From Candidatus Marinacidobacterium sp. (lineage in GTDB: Bacteria > Acidobacteriota > Vicinamibacteria > Marinacidobacterales > Marinacidobacteraceae), in the NCBI GenBank assembly GCA_965220965.1, contig OZ244852.1, positions 32,001 to 96,000 of the forward strand: DNA of 64,000 bases, written 5' to 3'. Under the pieces are notes generated by a model. That model worked only from the letters and a program-made list of their open reading frames with translations, ran no database searches and was not told the origin of the DNA. The translations under genes and the position numbers were made by a program. Positions 47,347-57,221 of the stretch are shown piece after piece (the stretch's first letter is position 1; every line of letters begins with the position of its first letter).

Positions 47347-49442
47347 GCGCCCGGGGCGGCGGTGGCCGGTCCGGCGGAGCCGGGTCCCGGTCGGGAGAGC
47401 GGGCGGCGCCCCGCTCGCTGTTCCCCGACCAGCCCGGGAAGGCGCCCCCTCCGCGCCGGTCGCGCGCCGGGGCCTCCGGGCGTCGCCGAACGCGAACGCC
47501 GCTCCGGCTGCCGGCCTCCGGAACCCCGCTCCGCTTTCCGCCCCCGCCGCCGGGCGATCCGCCGGCGAGGCCGCCCGGCGTCCGGATCCGGCGACGGGCG
47601 TTGGTCTGCGGGGTCTTCCTGGCGGCGTGGGGCCTCGTGCTCGCCGGCCGGCTGGTGGACACCCAGGTCCTCGAGCACGACGCGATGGTGGCCCGCGCCG
47701 CGGCCCAGCACTCGCACCAGTTCGAGATCCTGCCGCTCCGCGGTGAAATCACCGACCGCGCCGGCCGACCGCTCGCGACCTCGGTGGTGGTGGACTCGGT
47801 CTACGCCTCGCCCCCGGACTACGAGGATCTCGACCGGAGGGACGCCGCCCGGCGGCTGGCCGCCTGTCTCGACGTCTCGCCGGCTCTGGTGCGCCGCCGG
47901 CTCGAGCGCGATTCCCGGTTCTCCTGGCTGCGGCGGAAGGCGTCCGCCGATCAGGTGGCCTGCGCCCGGCGCACCGGATTGCCGCTCGGGACGATCGAGG
48001 AGTACGGCCGGTTCTACCCCGGAGGATCCCTCGCCGCCCAGGTCGTCGGGCACGTCGGTGTGGACGGGGACGGACTGGGCGGAGTGGAGCACGCGCTCGA
48101 CGCCGAGATCCGGGGCGAGCCCGGGCTCCGGATGCTGTGGACCGACGGGCGCCGCACCGGCCACCAGAGCCGGGTGGTGTCCGAGCCGCGCGCCGGCGCC
48201 GATCTCGAGCTCACCCTCGACATCCGGGTCCAGGCCATCGCCGAAGAAGAGCTCCTGGTCGGCATCGAGGAGACCGGCGCGCGCGCCGGAGCGGTCATCG
48301 TGGTGGAGACCGGAACCGGCGACGTGCTGGCGATGGCGAGCGCGCCGTCGTTCGATGCGAACCGCCCGGGCGACGCGCCGGCGATCGCCCGCGTCAACCG
48401 CACGATCACCGATCCCTACGAGCCCGGCTCGGTCTTCAAGATCTTCACCGCCGCCGCCGCGCTCAACGAGGGCGTGACCCACGAGAGCGAGGAGTTCGAC
48501 ACCTTCGACGGCCGCTACCGGATCGGGAGGCGGACGATCCGCGACTGGAAGCCCCTCGGGCCCCTGAGCTTCGCCGGCGTCATCCAGCAGTCGTCGAACA
48601 TCGGAACGCTCCAGGTCGGAAGCCGCCTCGGCGCCGCGCGCCTCGCGGCCTATGTCGAGGCCTTCGGTTTCGGGCGGCGAAGCGGGCTGGGTCTGCCCGG
48701 GGAGAGCCGCGGGATCGCTCCGCCGACGGGCGACTGGCGGCCCATCCGCCTCGCCACCGTCTCCTTCGGCCACGGCATCGCCGCCACACCGGTCCAGGTG
48801 GCCCGCGGCGTGAACGCGGTGGCGAACGGCGGGGTGCTGCTTCCCCTGCGCCTGATCCGCCGCATCGGGGACCGGGCGCCGGCCCCGGAACCGGGACGGC
48901 GCATCGTCTCGTTCCGGACCGCCGAGCGGCTCCGCACCCTCCTCGCGGGGGCGGTGAGCGACGGCACCGGCGGGTCGGCGGCGGTGGCCGGTTTCGAGGT
49001 CGCCGGGAAGACCGGGACCGCGCAGAAGGCGGTCCCCGGGGGCTATTCGGAGACCGACTTCATCGCCTCTTTCGGCGGCTTCGCGCCGGCGCGCGCGCCC
49101 CGCTTCACCGCCGTCGTGATCCTCGACACCAGCATCCCGAACCACAGCGGCGGGAACGCCGCCCGGGTGTTTGGCCGGATCGCCGGTCGACTCCTCCAGC
49201 ACTACAGGGGCGTCGGGCGCGACGCGGTCCGGATCGCCGCCTCCCCTCTCCAGCCGGGAGTGGCGGTCGTTCCCGCCCGGGGCGCGGGTGCGGTCGCGCC
49301 TCCGCTTTCGCGGCGGGACGCGCTGGCGAACGCGCTGCGCCAGGCGGCGCCCGCGACTCCCGACCCGCCGGACTCGGTGATCCGGGTCGCCGAGGCCGCG
49401 TCGCGGCCCCTTCCTCCGGGACGCGCAGGTTCGGGTCGATGA
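47343..49442 (+). CDS. ftsI: Peptidoglycan D,D-transpeptidase (PBP3)
   Basis: RGEITDRAG, RFYP, YEPGSVFK (SxxK), SSN, KTGTAQK. Long Pro/Arg-rich N-terminus makes the start uncertain. Confidence 0.92.
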   Translation: MSARGGGGRSGGAGSRSGERAAPRSLFPDQPGKAPPPRRSRAGASGRRRTRTPLRLPASGTPLRFPPPPPGDPPARPPGVRIRRRALVCGVFLAAWGLVLAGRLVDTQVLEHDAMVARAAAQHSHQFEILPLRGEITDRAGRPLATSVVVDSVYASPPDYEDLDRRDAARRLAACLDVSPALVRRRLERDSRFSWLRRKASADQVACARRTGLPLGTIEEYGRFYPGGSLAAQVVGHVGVDGDGLGGVEHALDAEIRGEPGLRMLWTDGRRTGHQSRVVSEPRAGADLELTLDIRVQAIAEEELLVGIEETGARAGAVIVVETGTGDVLAMASAPSFDANRPGDAPAIARVNRTITDPYEPGSVFKIFTAAAALNEGVTHESEEFDTFDGRYRIGRRTIRDWKPLGPLSFAGVIQQSSNIGTLQVGSRLGAARLAAYVEAFGFGRRSGLGLPGESRGIAPPTGDWRPIRLATVSFGHGIAATPVQVARGVNAVANGGVLLPLRLIRRIGDRAPAPEPGRRIVSFRTAERLRTLLAGAVSDGTGGSAAVAGFEVAGKTGTAQKAVPGGYSETDFIASFGGFAPARAPRFTAVVILDTSIPNHSGGNAARVFGRIAGRLLQHYRGVGRDAVRIAASPLQPGVAVVPARGAGAVAPPLSRRDALANALRQAAPATPDPPDSVIRVAEAASRPLPPGRAGSGR

Positions 49443-51079
49443 CCGCGTTCGCTCCGGCGGTTCGTTCCACGGGCGGCCTCCTCGCGTCCCCCGCCGGCCT
49501 CGAGGCCGGGCGCGGGCGCCCGAAGCCGACCGCCGCCGGCCGCCGTCTGGGGCCGCTCCTCGACGAGGCCTTCGAGGGCCGCCCGGGGCTGGTCGCAGGG
49601 CCCGGGTCTCCCGGCGCGGGCGAGGTCACGGTCACCGGCGTGGCCAGCGATTCCCGGCGGCTGGCCCCCGGCCACCTGTTCGTCGCGGTTCCCGGCGCGC
49701 GCTTCGACGGCCACGACTTCCTCGCCGAGGCGCTGGACGCCGGCGCCGCGGCGGCGCTGGTGGAGCGGCCGGGAGGGCCGCCCGGCCTCCCCTGGGTCCA
49801 GGCGCCCGACACCCGGCGGGCCGCCGGTCCGGTGGCGGCGGCCTTCCACGCGCGCCCTTCCCGCCGCATGCGCCTCGTCGGCGTGACCGGGACGAACGGC
49901 AAGACAACGGTGGCCTGGCTCCTCGACCACCTGTTCTCCCGCGCCTTCGGCGGGAGCCTCTTCGCCGGCACCGTCGGTCACCGCCTCCGGATCGCGGACC
50001 GCGAAGTCGACCCGCCGGGCGCCGGCCTCACCACCCGCGAGGCGCCGGAGTTCCAGTCGCTCCTCGCGCGGGCGCGCGCCGCCGGGGTGCGCGCCGGGGC
50101 GGTGGAGTGCTCTTCGCACGGCCTGGCCCAGGCCCGGCTGGACGGAACCGCCTTCGAGGTCGCGGTCTTCACCAACCTGACCCGCGACCACCTCGACTTC
50201 CACGCCGGCTTCGAGGACTACTTCGCCGCCAAGCGGTCGCTGTTCACCCGGCTGCTGCGCCCCGACGGGACCGCGGTGATCACCGCGGACGGGAGCTTCG
50301 GCCCCCGGCTGGCGAAGGAGCTCGAGACCGCCCGCCCCGATGTCCACCGGGTCCTCTTCGGGTCCGGCGCCGGCGCCTCGGTGCGGATCGCGTCGGTGTC
50401 GTCGGACCTGGACGGCCTTCGCGTCACCCTCGACACCGCGGCCGGGACCCAGCAGATCGAGAGCCCGCTGACCGGGGACTTCCACGCCGCGAACCTGGCG
50501 GCGGCGTGGGCGGCGGCGACCGCGCTCGGCGTCCCCGCCGACGAGGCCAGCGCGAGGCTCGGCGAGGTGGGGCCGCCGCCCGGTCGGATGGAGCGGATCG
50601 CTGGCGAGGGCGGCGCCGCCGGCGCGCCGGCGGTCTTCGTCGACTACGCCCACACTCCCGACGCGCTCGCGCGGGCGCTCGCCGCCGCGCGGTGCCTGGT
50701 GGGCGCCGGGCGGCTGACGGTGGTCTTCGGCGCGGGGGGCGACCGCGACCAGGACAAGCGCCCGCTCATGGGAGACGCCGCCGCGCGGCTGGCGGACCGG
50801 GTGGTGCTCACCTCGGACAACCCGAGGAGCGAGGACCCGGCGGCGATCCTCGCCGCGATCCGCCTGGGAGCGGACAACCCGGGGCTCTCGGCGGAGGTCG
50901 AGGAGGAGCCCGACCGGGCCGCCGCCATCGAGGGCGCGGTCGCCCGGGCGGCGCCCGGCGACCTCGTGCTGATCGCCGGGAAGGGGCACGAGACGACGCA
51001 GCAGGTGGGCGATGTCCGCCTGCCCTGCGATGACCGGGCGCTCGCGAAGGCGGCGCTCGAGCGCTGGAGCCCCCGGTGA
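49439..51079 (+). CDS. murE: UDP-MurNAc-tripeptide synthetase (meso-DAP adding)
   Basis: GVTGTNGKTT, ECSSHGL, FTNLTRDHLDFH, VDYAHTPD, SDNPRSE, AGKGHE. Confidence 0.95.
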   Translation: MTAFAPAVRSTGGLLASPAGLEAGRGRPKPTAAGRRLGPLLDEAFEGRPGLVAGPGSPGAGEVTVTGVASDSRRLAPGHLFVAVPGARFDGHDFLAEALDAGAAAALVERPGGPPGLPWVQAPDTRRAAGPVAAAFHARPSRRMRLVGVTGTNGKTTVAWLLDHLFSRAFGGSLFAGTVGHRLRIADREVDPPGAGLTTREAPEFQSLLARARAAGVRAGAVECSSHGLAQARLDGTAFEVAVFTNLTRDHLDFHAGFEDYFAAKRSLFTRLLRPDGTAVITADGSFGPRLAKELETARPDVHRVLFGSGAGASVRIASVSSDLDGLRVTLDTAAGTQQIESPLTGDFHAANLAAAWAAATALGVPADEASARLGEVGPPPGRMERIAGEGGAAGAPAVFVDYAHTPDALARALAAARCLVGAGRLTVVFGAGGDRDQDKRPLMGDAAARLADRVVLTSDNPRSEDPAAILAAIRLGADNPGLSAEVEEEPDRAAAIEGAVARAAPGDLVLIAGKGHETTQQVGDVRLPCDDRALAKAALERWSPR

Positions 51080-52482
51080 AGACGACCGCGGAAGCCGCCG
51101 CCCGCGCCATGTCGGGGGAGCTCTCGGGTCCGGATGAAGCCGGAAGCCGTCCGCTCGAGGGCGTGTCGATCGACAGCCGCACGATCCGGCCCGGGGAGCT
51201 CTTCTTCGCGGTCCGCGGGGCGCGGCTCGACGGGCACGACTTCGTCCCGGCGGCGTTCGCCGGCGGCGCCGCCGGCGCGGTCGTGAGCCGGGAGTTCCGG
51301 GGTTCTCCCCCGTCGCCCCCCGGGTTTCTGATCCGGGTGCCGGACACCACCGCCGCCCTCGGCGAGTTGGCGCGCCGCGACCGTCTGGAGAGCGGCGCCC
51401 GCATCGTCGCGATCACCGGAAGCGTCGGGAAGACCACCACCAAGGAGGCGGCCGCGGCCGCGCTGGGCTCGACCTGGCCGGTCTTCCGCTCGCGCGGCAA
51501 CCACAACAACCAGTGGGGCCTGCCGCTCTCGCTCCTCGCCCGCCGGGACGAAACGGTGGGCGTCGTCGAGCTCGGGATGTCGGCGGCGGGCGAGATCGCG
51601 GAACTGACGCGGATCGCGGCGCCGGACTGCGGCGTGATCACCCGGGTGGCGGAGGCTCACCTCGAGTCCTTCGGTTCGCTCGAAGGGATCGCGGCGGCCA
51701 AGGGGGAGCTCTTCGACACGATGGGGCCGGACGCGGTGTCGGTCGTGAACCGGGACGACGACCGCGTTCGCGCGCTGGGGCGCCGCCGCCGGGAGCGGGC
51801 CCCGGGAGCGAAGCAGGTCGCCTACGGGTTCGCCGCCGGCGCCGATGTCGAGGGGCGCGGCTACCGGGCGGGACCGGGCGGGCTGGCCTTCGAGGCCCGC
51901 GCGTTCTCCGGGCGCTGGACTCCGGTCTCCTGTGGCCTCGCCGGCCGCCACAACGCCTCGAACGTGCTCGGCGGGCTGGCCGCCGCCGCCGCGATGGGCG
52001 CGCCTTTCGAGGCCGCCGCCGCAGCCGTCGAAACGCTGGCGCCGCTCCCCGGACGGGGACGCCGCGTCCGCCATCCCAGCGGGGCCATCCTCTGGGACGA
52101 GACCTACAACTCCTCGCCCACCGCGCTCCGCAGTCTGGTCGCCGAGCTGGCGGCGACGCCCGCCCGCCGCCGGATCCTGGTGGCCGGCGACATGCTCGAA
52201 CTCGGCGAGCGGGCGGAGGAGCTCCACGCCGCCTGCGGGGCCGCGGCGCGGGACGCCGGACTCGATCTGGTGGTGGGCGTGGGGCCGCTCGGAGGCGCGC
52301 TGGCGGCGGCCGCCGGGGACTCCGGCCCGGACGCCAGGCCCCGGGCGCTGGCGGCGGACTCGGTCGAGGCCGCCGCCTCCCTCCTCGAGGACGAACTCGG
52401 CCCGGGCGATCTGGCGCTGTTCAAGGCGTCGAGGTCGGTCGGGCTCGAAGCCGCCGTCAAGCGGCTCAGCGCGAGGGACTGA
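51076..52482 (+). CDS. murF: UDP-MurNAc-tripeptide--D-Ala-D-Ala ligase
   Basis: IDSR, ITGSVGKTTTKE, GNHNNQWGLPL, ELGMS, ETYNSSP, GDMLELG, KASR. Confidence 0.95.
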   Translation: MKTTAEAAARAMSGELSGPDEAGSRPLEGVSIDSRTIRPGELFFAVRGARLDGHDFVPAAFAGGAAGAVVSREFRGSPPSPPGFLIRVPDTTAALGELARRDRLESGARIVAITGSVGKTTTKEAAAAALGSTWPVFRSRGNHNNQWGLPLSLLARRDETVGVVELGMSAAGEIAELTRIAAPDCGVITRVAEAHLESFGSLEGIAAAKGELFDTMGPDAVSVVNRDDDRVRALGRRRRERAPGAKQVAYGFAAGADVEGRGYRAGPGGLAFEARAFSGRWTPVSCGLAGRHNASNVLGGLAAAAAMGAPFEAAAAAVETLAPLPGRGRRVRHPSGAILWDETYNSSPTALRSLVAELAATPARRRILVAGDMLELGERAEELHAACGAAARDAGLDLVVGVGPLGGALAAAAGDSGPDARPRALAADSVEAAASLLEDELGPGDLALFKASRSVGLEAAVKRLSARD

Positions 52483-52492
52483 GGGCCTCATC

Positions 52493-53572
52493 GTGATCGG
52501 AGAACTGCTTTACGGCCTCGCGGACGAGTGGACCGTGTTCAACGTGTTCCGCTACGTCTCGGTGCGCGCGGCGGCGGCCGCCGCGACCGCGATCGTCGCC
52601 TCGCTGGTCGCCGGGCCGTTCGTGATCCGGTGGCTGACCCGCCTGCGGATCGGCGAGACGATCCGCGACGACGGGCCGTCGCACCACCGGTCCAAGGCGG
52701 GGACGCCGACGATGGGCGGCGTCCTGGTGGTGGGCGCCGTCCTCGCGTCCACCGTGGCCTGGGCCGATCCCGCCAACGTGCTGGTGTGGGCCGCGGTGCT
52801 GACGACCCTCGGCTACGGAGCGCTCGGTTTCGTGGATGACTGGAACAAGCTCCAGCGCCGCAAGGGGATCTCCGCCCGCACCAAGATGGCGATCCAGATC
52901 CTCCTCGCGCTCGCCACCGGGGCGTTCCTCTACTTCTACGCCGGAACCGGCGGCTTCACCACCCAGGTCGTCTTCCCGTTCGCCAAGGAGTTCCAGCCCG
53001 AGCTCGGCTGGCTGCTCATCCCGGCCGTCATCCTGGTGCTGGTCGCCTCCTCGAACGCCGTCAACCTGACCGACGGGCTGGACGGGCTCGCCGCCGGATG
53101 CGTCCTGGTGGCCGCCTCGGTCTACACCGCGTTCACGTATCTGGCGGGGCACGCCGAGTTCTCGGCCTACCTCGACATCCGCCACGTCCCCGGCGCATCC
53201 GAGGTGACCATCTTCGGCGCCTCGCTCGTGGGGGCGGCGCTCGGGTTCCTGTGGTTCAACGCCCACCCGGCGCGGGTCTTCATGGGAGACGTGGGATCGC
53301 TCGCGCTGGGGGCTGCCATCGGGATGCAGGCGATCCTGATCCGGCAGGAAATGCTCCTGGTCGTCGTCGGGGGCGTCTTCGTCCTCGAGGCGATGTCGGT
53401 GATCCTCCAGGTGGGGGGTTTCAAGCTCACCGGGCGGCGGCTGTTCCGGATGGCCCCGCTGCACCACCACTTCGAACTCGCGGGCTGGAAGGAGTCCCAG
53501 ATCAGCGTGCGGTTCTGGATCCTCGCGGTCCTGTGCGCGCTCGCCGCGCTGACGACGCTGAAGCTGCGCTGA
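52493..53572 (+). CDS. mraY: Phospho-N-acetylmuramoyl-pentapeptide transferase
   Basis: KAGTPTMGG, GFVDD, SNAVNLTDGLDGL, FMGDVGSL, MAPLHHHFE. Confidence 0.96.
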   Translation: MIGELLYGLADEWTVFNVFRYVSVRAAAAAATAIVASLVAGPFVIRWLTRLRIGETIRDDGPSHHRSKAGTPTMGGVLVVGAVLASTVAWADPANVLVWAAVLTTLGYGALGFVDDWNKLQRRKGISARTKMAIQILLALATGAFLYFYAGTGGFTTQVVFPFAKEFQPELGWLLIPAVILVLVASSNAVNLTDGLDGLAAGCVLVAASVYTAFTYLAGHAEFSAYLDIRHVPGASEVTIFGASLVGAALGFLWFNAHPARVFMGDVGSLALGAAIGMQAILIRQEMLLVVVGGVFVLEAMSVILQVGGFKLTGRRLFRMAPLHHHFELAGWKESQISVRFWILAVLCALAALTTLKLR

Positions 53573-53576
53573 GACG

Positions 53577-55058
53577 ATGGTCCGCTCCTCTCCGCCCGGG
53601 ATCCCCGAGGGCGGGGTTCTCGTGCTCGGCGCCGGGGTCAGCGGTCTGGCGGCGGCCCGGTTCCTCGCGTCCGGGGGTCGTCCGGTGGCCGTCGTCGATG
53701 ACCGCCCGGCGGAGGAGATCGAGCGCGCGGAGGACTTCCGGAGCCTTGGCGTCCGCCTCCTGGGCGGCGGCATCCCGGCGACTCCCCCCGAAGACGTCCG
53801 GCTCATCGTGGCGAGTCCCGGGATCCTCCCCTCGGCGCCCATCTTCCGGGCCGCCGGGGAGGCCGGGGTCCCGGTGTGGGGCGAGCTCGAACTCGGCTAC
53901 CGGGCGCTCGGCGAGCCGGCGGAGCGGATCGTCGCGGTGACCGGCACCAAGGGGAAGTCCAGCGTCGTGACGCTGATCGCCGAGGCGCTTCGCCGCGAGG
54001 GGGTCCCCGCCGTCGCGGCCGGCAACCTGGGCACGCCGCTGACCCGGTTCGCGGCGGAGGACCCGGATGAGGCGTCCGGTTCCGCCGGGCCCGGGCCGGA
54101 CCCGGTGTTCGTGGTCGAGGCGTCCAGCTTCCAGTTGGCCCGGATCGAGCGGTTCCGCCCGCGGGTGGCGGTGCTCCTCGCGGTGTCCGGCGACCATCTC
54201 GACTGGCACCCCGACCTCGATCATTACCGCAGCTCCAAGGCGCAGCTCTTCCGCAACCAGACGGCGGAGGACTGGGTCGTCTTCGACGGCCGCGATGAGG
54301 TGGCCTCGGGGATCGCCCGCGCCGCCGTCCGCCGGACCGGCGCGCACCCGCTCCCGTTCGGCGATCCGGACGCCGCCGCCGACCCGGCGGTCGTGATGGA
54401 GGACGGCGCCCGGGGCCGGGCGCTGCGCCGCGACGGATCGCGGCTCACCCCGCTCGCCCGTTTCGCGGCGCTCCGCGTCCCCGGGGCCCACGCCCGCCGG
54501 AATCTCGCGGCGGCGGCCGCGGCGGCGAGCGTCTTCGGCGCGGGCCAGGAGGCGATCGAGGCGTCCGCCCGCGCCTTCGAGGGAATGCCCTATGCCCTCG
54601 AGGAGGTCGGGACGGTCGACGGGGTGCGCTTCGTGAACGACTCGCGCGCCACCTCTCTCGCGGCGACGACCGCCGCGCTCGAGGCGCTCGCGGAGGAGGT
54701 CCCGCCGCGATCGGTCGGCCTCATCCTCGGCGGGATCCTCAAGGCGGGCCGCTACCGGGATCTCGAAGGCAACCTGGACCGCGTCGCCGGCGTATGGGCG
54801 ATCGGCCAGAGCCGCTCGCGGGTCGCGGATGACATCGAAAGCGTTCCGGTCACGCTCTGCGACAGCCTCGAAGAGGCCGTCCGGGGCGCGTTCGACGCCG
54901 TCCGGGAGCGCGGCGCGGCGGCGAGCGGCGAAGGCCGCGGCGTCGTCCTCCTTTCCCCCGGCTGCTCCAGCTTCGACCAGTTCGCCAGCTACGCCCGACG
55001 GGGCCAGGCGTTCGCCGAGGTCGCCCGCGACCTGGGCGCCCGGGAGGTCGTCGGGTGA
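53577..55058 (+). CDS. murD: UDP-MurNAc-L-Ala--D-Glu ligase
   Basis: GAGVSG, SPGI, VTGTKGKS, GNLG.P, EASSFQL, DHLDWH, VNDSRAT, LSPGCSSFDQF. Confidence 0.93.
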   Translation: MVRSSPPGIPEGGVLVLGAGVSGLAAARFLASGGRPVAVVDDRPAEEIERAEDFRSLGVRLLGGGIPATPPEDVRLIVASPGILPSAPIFRAAGEAGVPVWGELELGYRALGEPAERIVAVTGTKGKSSVVTLIAEALRREGVPAVAAGNLGTPLTRFAAEDPDEASGSAGPGPDPVFVVEASSFQLARIERFRPRVAVLLAVSGDHLDWHPDLDHYRSSKAQLFRNQTAEDWVVFDGRDEVASGIARAAVRRTGAHPLPFGDPDAAADPAVVMEDGARGRALRRDGSRLTPLARFAALRVPGAHARRNLAAAAAAASVFGAGQEAIEASARAFEGMPYALEEVGTVDGVRFVNDSRATSLAATTAALEALAEEVPPRSVGLILGGILKAGRYRDLEGNLDRVAGVWAIGQSRSRVADDIESVPVTLCDSLEEAVRGAFDAVRERGAAASGEGRGVVLLSPGCSSFDQFASYARRGQAFAEVARDLGAREVVG

Positions 55059-56140
55059 GCGGGCGCAGGATGGCGCCCGACGGGTGGCTGTTCGCCGGGA
55101 CCGTGCTCCTGCTCGGTTTCGGGCTCGTCATGCTCTACAGCGCCTCGGTCTTCGTCGCCGAGGCCAATGCGCAGGAGCCCGGCTGGTTCTTCGCGCGGCA
55201 GGCGGTCTGGGCGGCGCTGGGGTCGGTCGCCATGCTGCTGCTGGCGCGCTCGGACTACCGCGTCCTGGACCGGGCCGGCGTCCCCTGGCTGCTGTTTGCG
55301 GTCGTGGTCGTCGCGCTGGTGATCGCGCTCCTCTCCGCGCCGATCAACAGCGCCCACCGGTGGGTGCGGATCGCCGGGTTCGCCTTCCAGCCGTCGGAGC
55401 CGGCGAAGCTCGCGCTCGTTCTGCTCCTCGCCCACCTGTTCTCCCAGCGGAGCGGGGAGACGCTGCGCGGGTTGGCGACGCCGCTCGCGGTGACCGCCGT
55501 GCTCGTGGGGCTGATCTTCGTCCAGCCGGACCTGGGGACCGCCACCTTCGTGGGGCTGGTTGGGGCGGCGATGGCCTTCCTCGGCGGCGCCCGGCTCCTC
55601 CATCTGGCGGCGCTCTCCGCCGGCTGCGTCGCGCTCTTCGCCGCCGGGGTGATGACCGCCGACTACCGGGTGGCGCGGATCCTCGCCTTTCTGGATCCGT
55701 TCGGGGATCCGCTGGGCCAGGGCTTCCAGCTCAGCCAGTCGCTCATCGCGCTGGGAAGCGGCGGGGTCACCGGGGTCGGCTTCACCGCCAGCCAGCAGAA
55801 GCTGCTCTATCTCCCCGAGCCCCACTCCGACTTCGTGTTCGCGGTGATCGGAGAGGAACTCGGGCTCCTCGGAACCGGTCTGCTCGTTGTCGCCTTCCTC
55901 GCCTTCGCGCTCCGCGGCATCCAGGTCTCGCTCCGCGCGCTCGACCGGTTCGGGATGCTCCTCGGGATCGGCGCGGTCCTGATCGTGGCGCTCCAGGCCT
56001 TCCTCAACGTGAGCGTCGCCACCGGGCTCGTTCCCACCACCGGGATCCCGCTGCCGTTCGTTTCGGCGGGGGGATCCTCGCTGCTGACCACGCTGGCGGC
56101 CGCCGGCCTCCTCCTCTCGGTCTCGCAGAGGGCGTCCTAG
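55055..56140 (+). CDS. ftsW: Peptidoglycan glycosyltransferase FtsW
   Basis: GLVMLYSAS, RW......QPSE.AK, QPDLGT, LPEPHSDFVFAVIGEELG, GIPLPFVSAGGSS. Confidence 0.95.
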   Translation: MSGRRMAPDGWLFAGTVLLLGFGLVMLYSASVFVAEANAQEPGWFFARQAVWAALGSVAMLLLARSDYRVLDRAGVPWLLFAVVVVALVIALLSAPINSAHRWVRIAGFAFQPSEPAKLALVLLLAHLFSQRSGETLRGLATPLAVTAVLVGLIFVQPDLGTATFVGLVGAAMAFLGGARLLHLAALSAGCVALFAAGVMTADYRVARILAFLDPFGDPLGQGFQLSQSLIALGSGGVTGVGFTASQQKLLYLPEPHSDFVFAVIGEELGLLGTGLLVVAFLAFALRGIQVSLRALDRFGMLLGIGAVLIVALQAFLNVSVATGLVPTTGIPLPFVSAGGSSLLTTLAAAGLLLSVSQRAS

Positions 56141-56144
56141 CCGC

Positions 56145-57221
56145 ATGCGCCTGCTCGTCGCGGCCGCCGGAAGCGGGGGCCACATCTACCCCGGTCTGGC
56201 GGTGGCGTCCGCCGTGACCGAGGCGCGGGAGGCGGAGGTGCTGTTCGTCGGCACGTCCGCCGGCATGGAGTCGCGGATCGTGCCCGCCCACGGAATGCCG
56301 CTGGAGCTGACCCGGGTGCCGCGTCTTCGGGGCCGTTCGCTCTCGCGACTCGCCCTCGCGCTTCTCGATCTCGGCCCGTCGCTCTACCGGATGCGCCGGC
56401 TGATCCGCCGGTTCCGGCCGGATGTCCTCTTCGGGACCGGCGGATCGGTCTCGGGCGTCGCGACCCTCGCGGCGCGACTCTGCCGCGTTCCCTCGCTCAT
56501 CCTGGAACCGAACGCCCAGCCCGGTCTCGCGACCCGCTGGAGCGCCCCCTTCGCCACCCGCCTGGCGCTCGGGTGGGAAGGCCCCCTGATCCGGCGCCAT
56601 CGGCAGGCGTTCCTTTCCGGGATCCCGGTTCGCGCGGAGTTCTTCCGGATGGCCCCGCCCCCCGGCGAGCTCTCCGACGAGGTCTCGGTGCTCGTCACCG
56701 GGGGCAGTCAGGGCGCATCCCGGCTCAACCGGCTGGTGACCGCGTCGCTCGCTCACCTCTCCGGGATGACGAGACCCCTCCGGATCACCCACCAGTGCGG
56801 CCCGGTCGACGAAGCCCGGGTCCGCGCCGCCTACGAGAGCGCCGGGCTGGCGGCCGCCGTCACTTCCTACATCGAAGACATGCCCCGCGCGATGGAGGCC
56901 GCCGACATCGTGGTGGGCCGGGCGGGCGCGATCACCTGCGCCGAGGTCATGGCCAGTGGCCGGGCGGCGATCCTCGTTCCCGCGCCGGTGGCCGGCGCGC
57001 ACCAGCGGGACAACGCCGAGACGCTCGCCGCCGCCGGCGCCGCCATCGTCCTGGACGAAATGGCGGCGCCCGGCGAGTTCGCCCGGGAGCTCGCCGGGCT
57101 CGCCAACAACCCCGAGCGCCGACAGTACATGGCGAGGACGGCCTCCAGGCTCGTTTCGGCGTCGGCGACGGCGCGGCTGTCGGCCGAACTCCTGCAACTG
57201 GCGGAGGAGCCCGCCCCGTGA
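56145..57221 (+). CDS. murG: Lipid II GlcNAc transferase
   Basis: AGSGGHIYPG, EPN..PG, G.PVR, GGSQGA, RAGA.T.AE, HQ..NA. Confidence 0.94.
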   Translation: MRLLVAAAGSGGHIYPGLAVASAVTEAREAEVLFVGTSAGMESRIVPAHGMPLELTRVPRLRGRSLSRLALALLDLGPSLYRMRRLIRRFRPDVLFGTGGSVSGVATLAARLCRVPSLILEPNAQPGLATRWSAPFATRLALGWEGPLIRRHRQAFLSGIPVRAEFFRMAPPPGELSDEVSVLVTGGSQGASRLNRLVTASLAHLSGMTRPLRITHQCGPVDEARVRAAYESAGLAAAVTSYIEDMPRAMEAADIVVGRAGAITCAEVMASGRAAILVPAPVAGAHQRDNAETLAAAGAAIVLDEMAAPGEFARELAGLANNPERRQYMARTASRLVSASATARLSAELLQLAEEPAP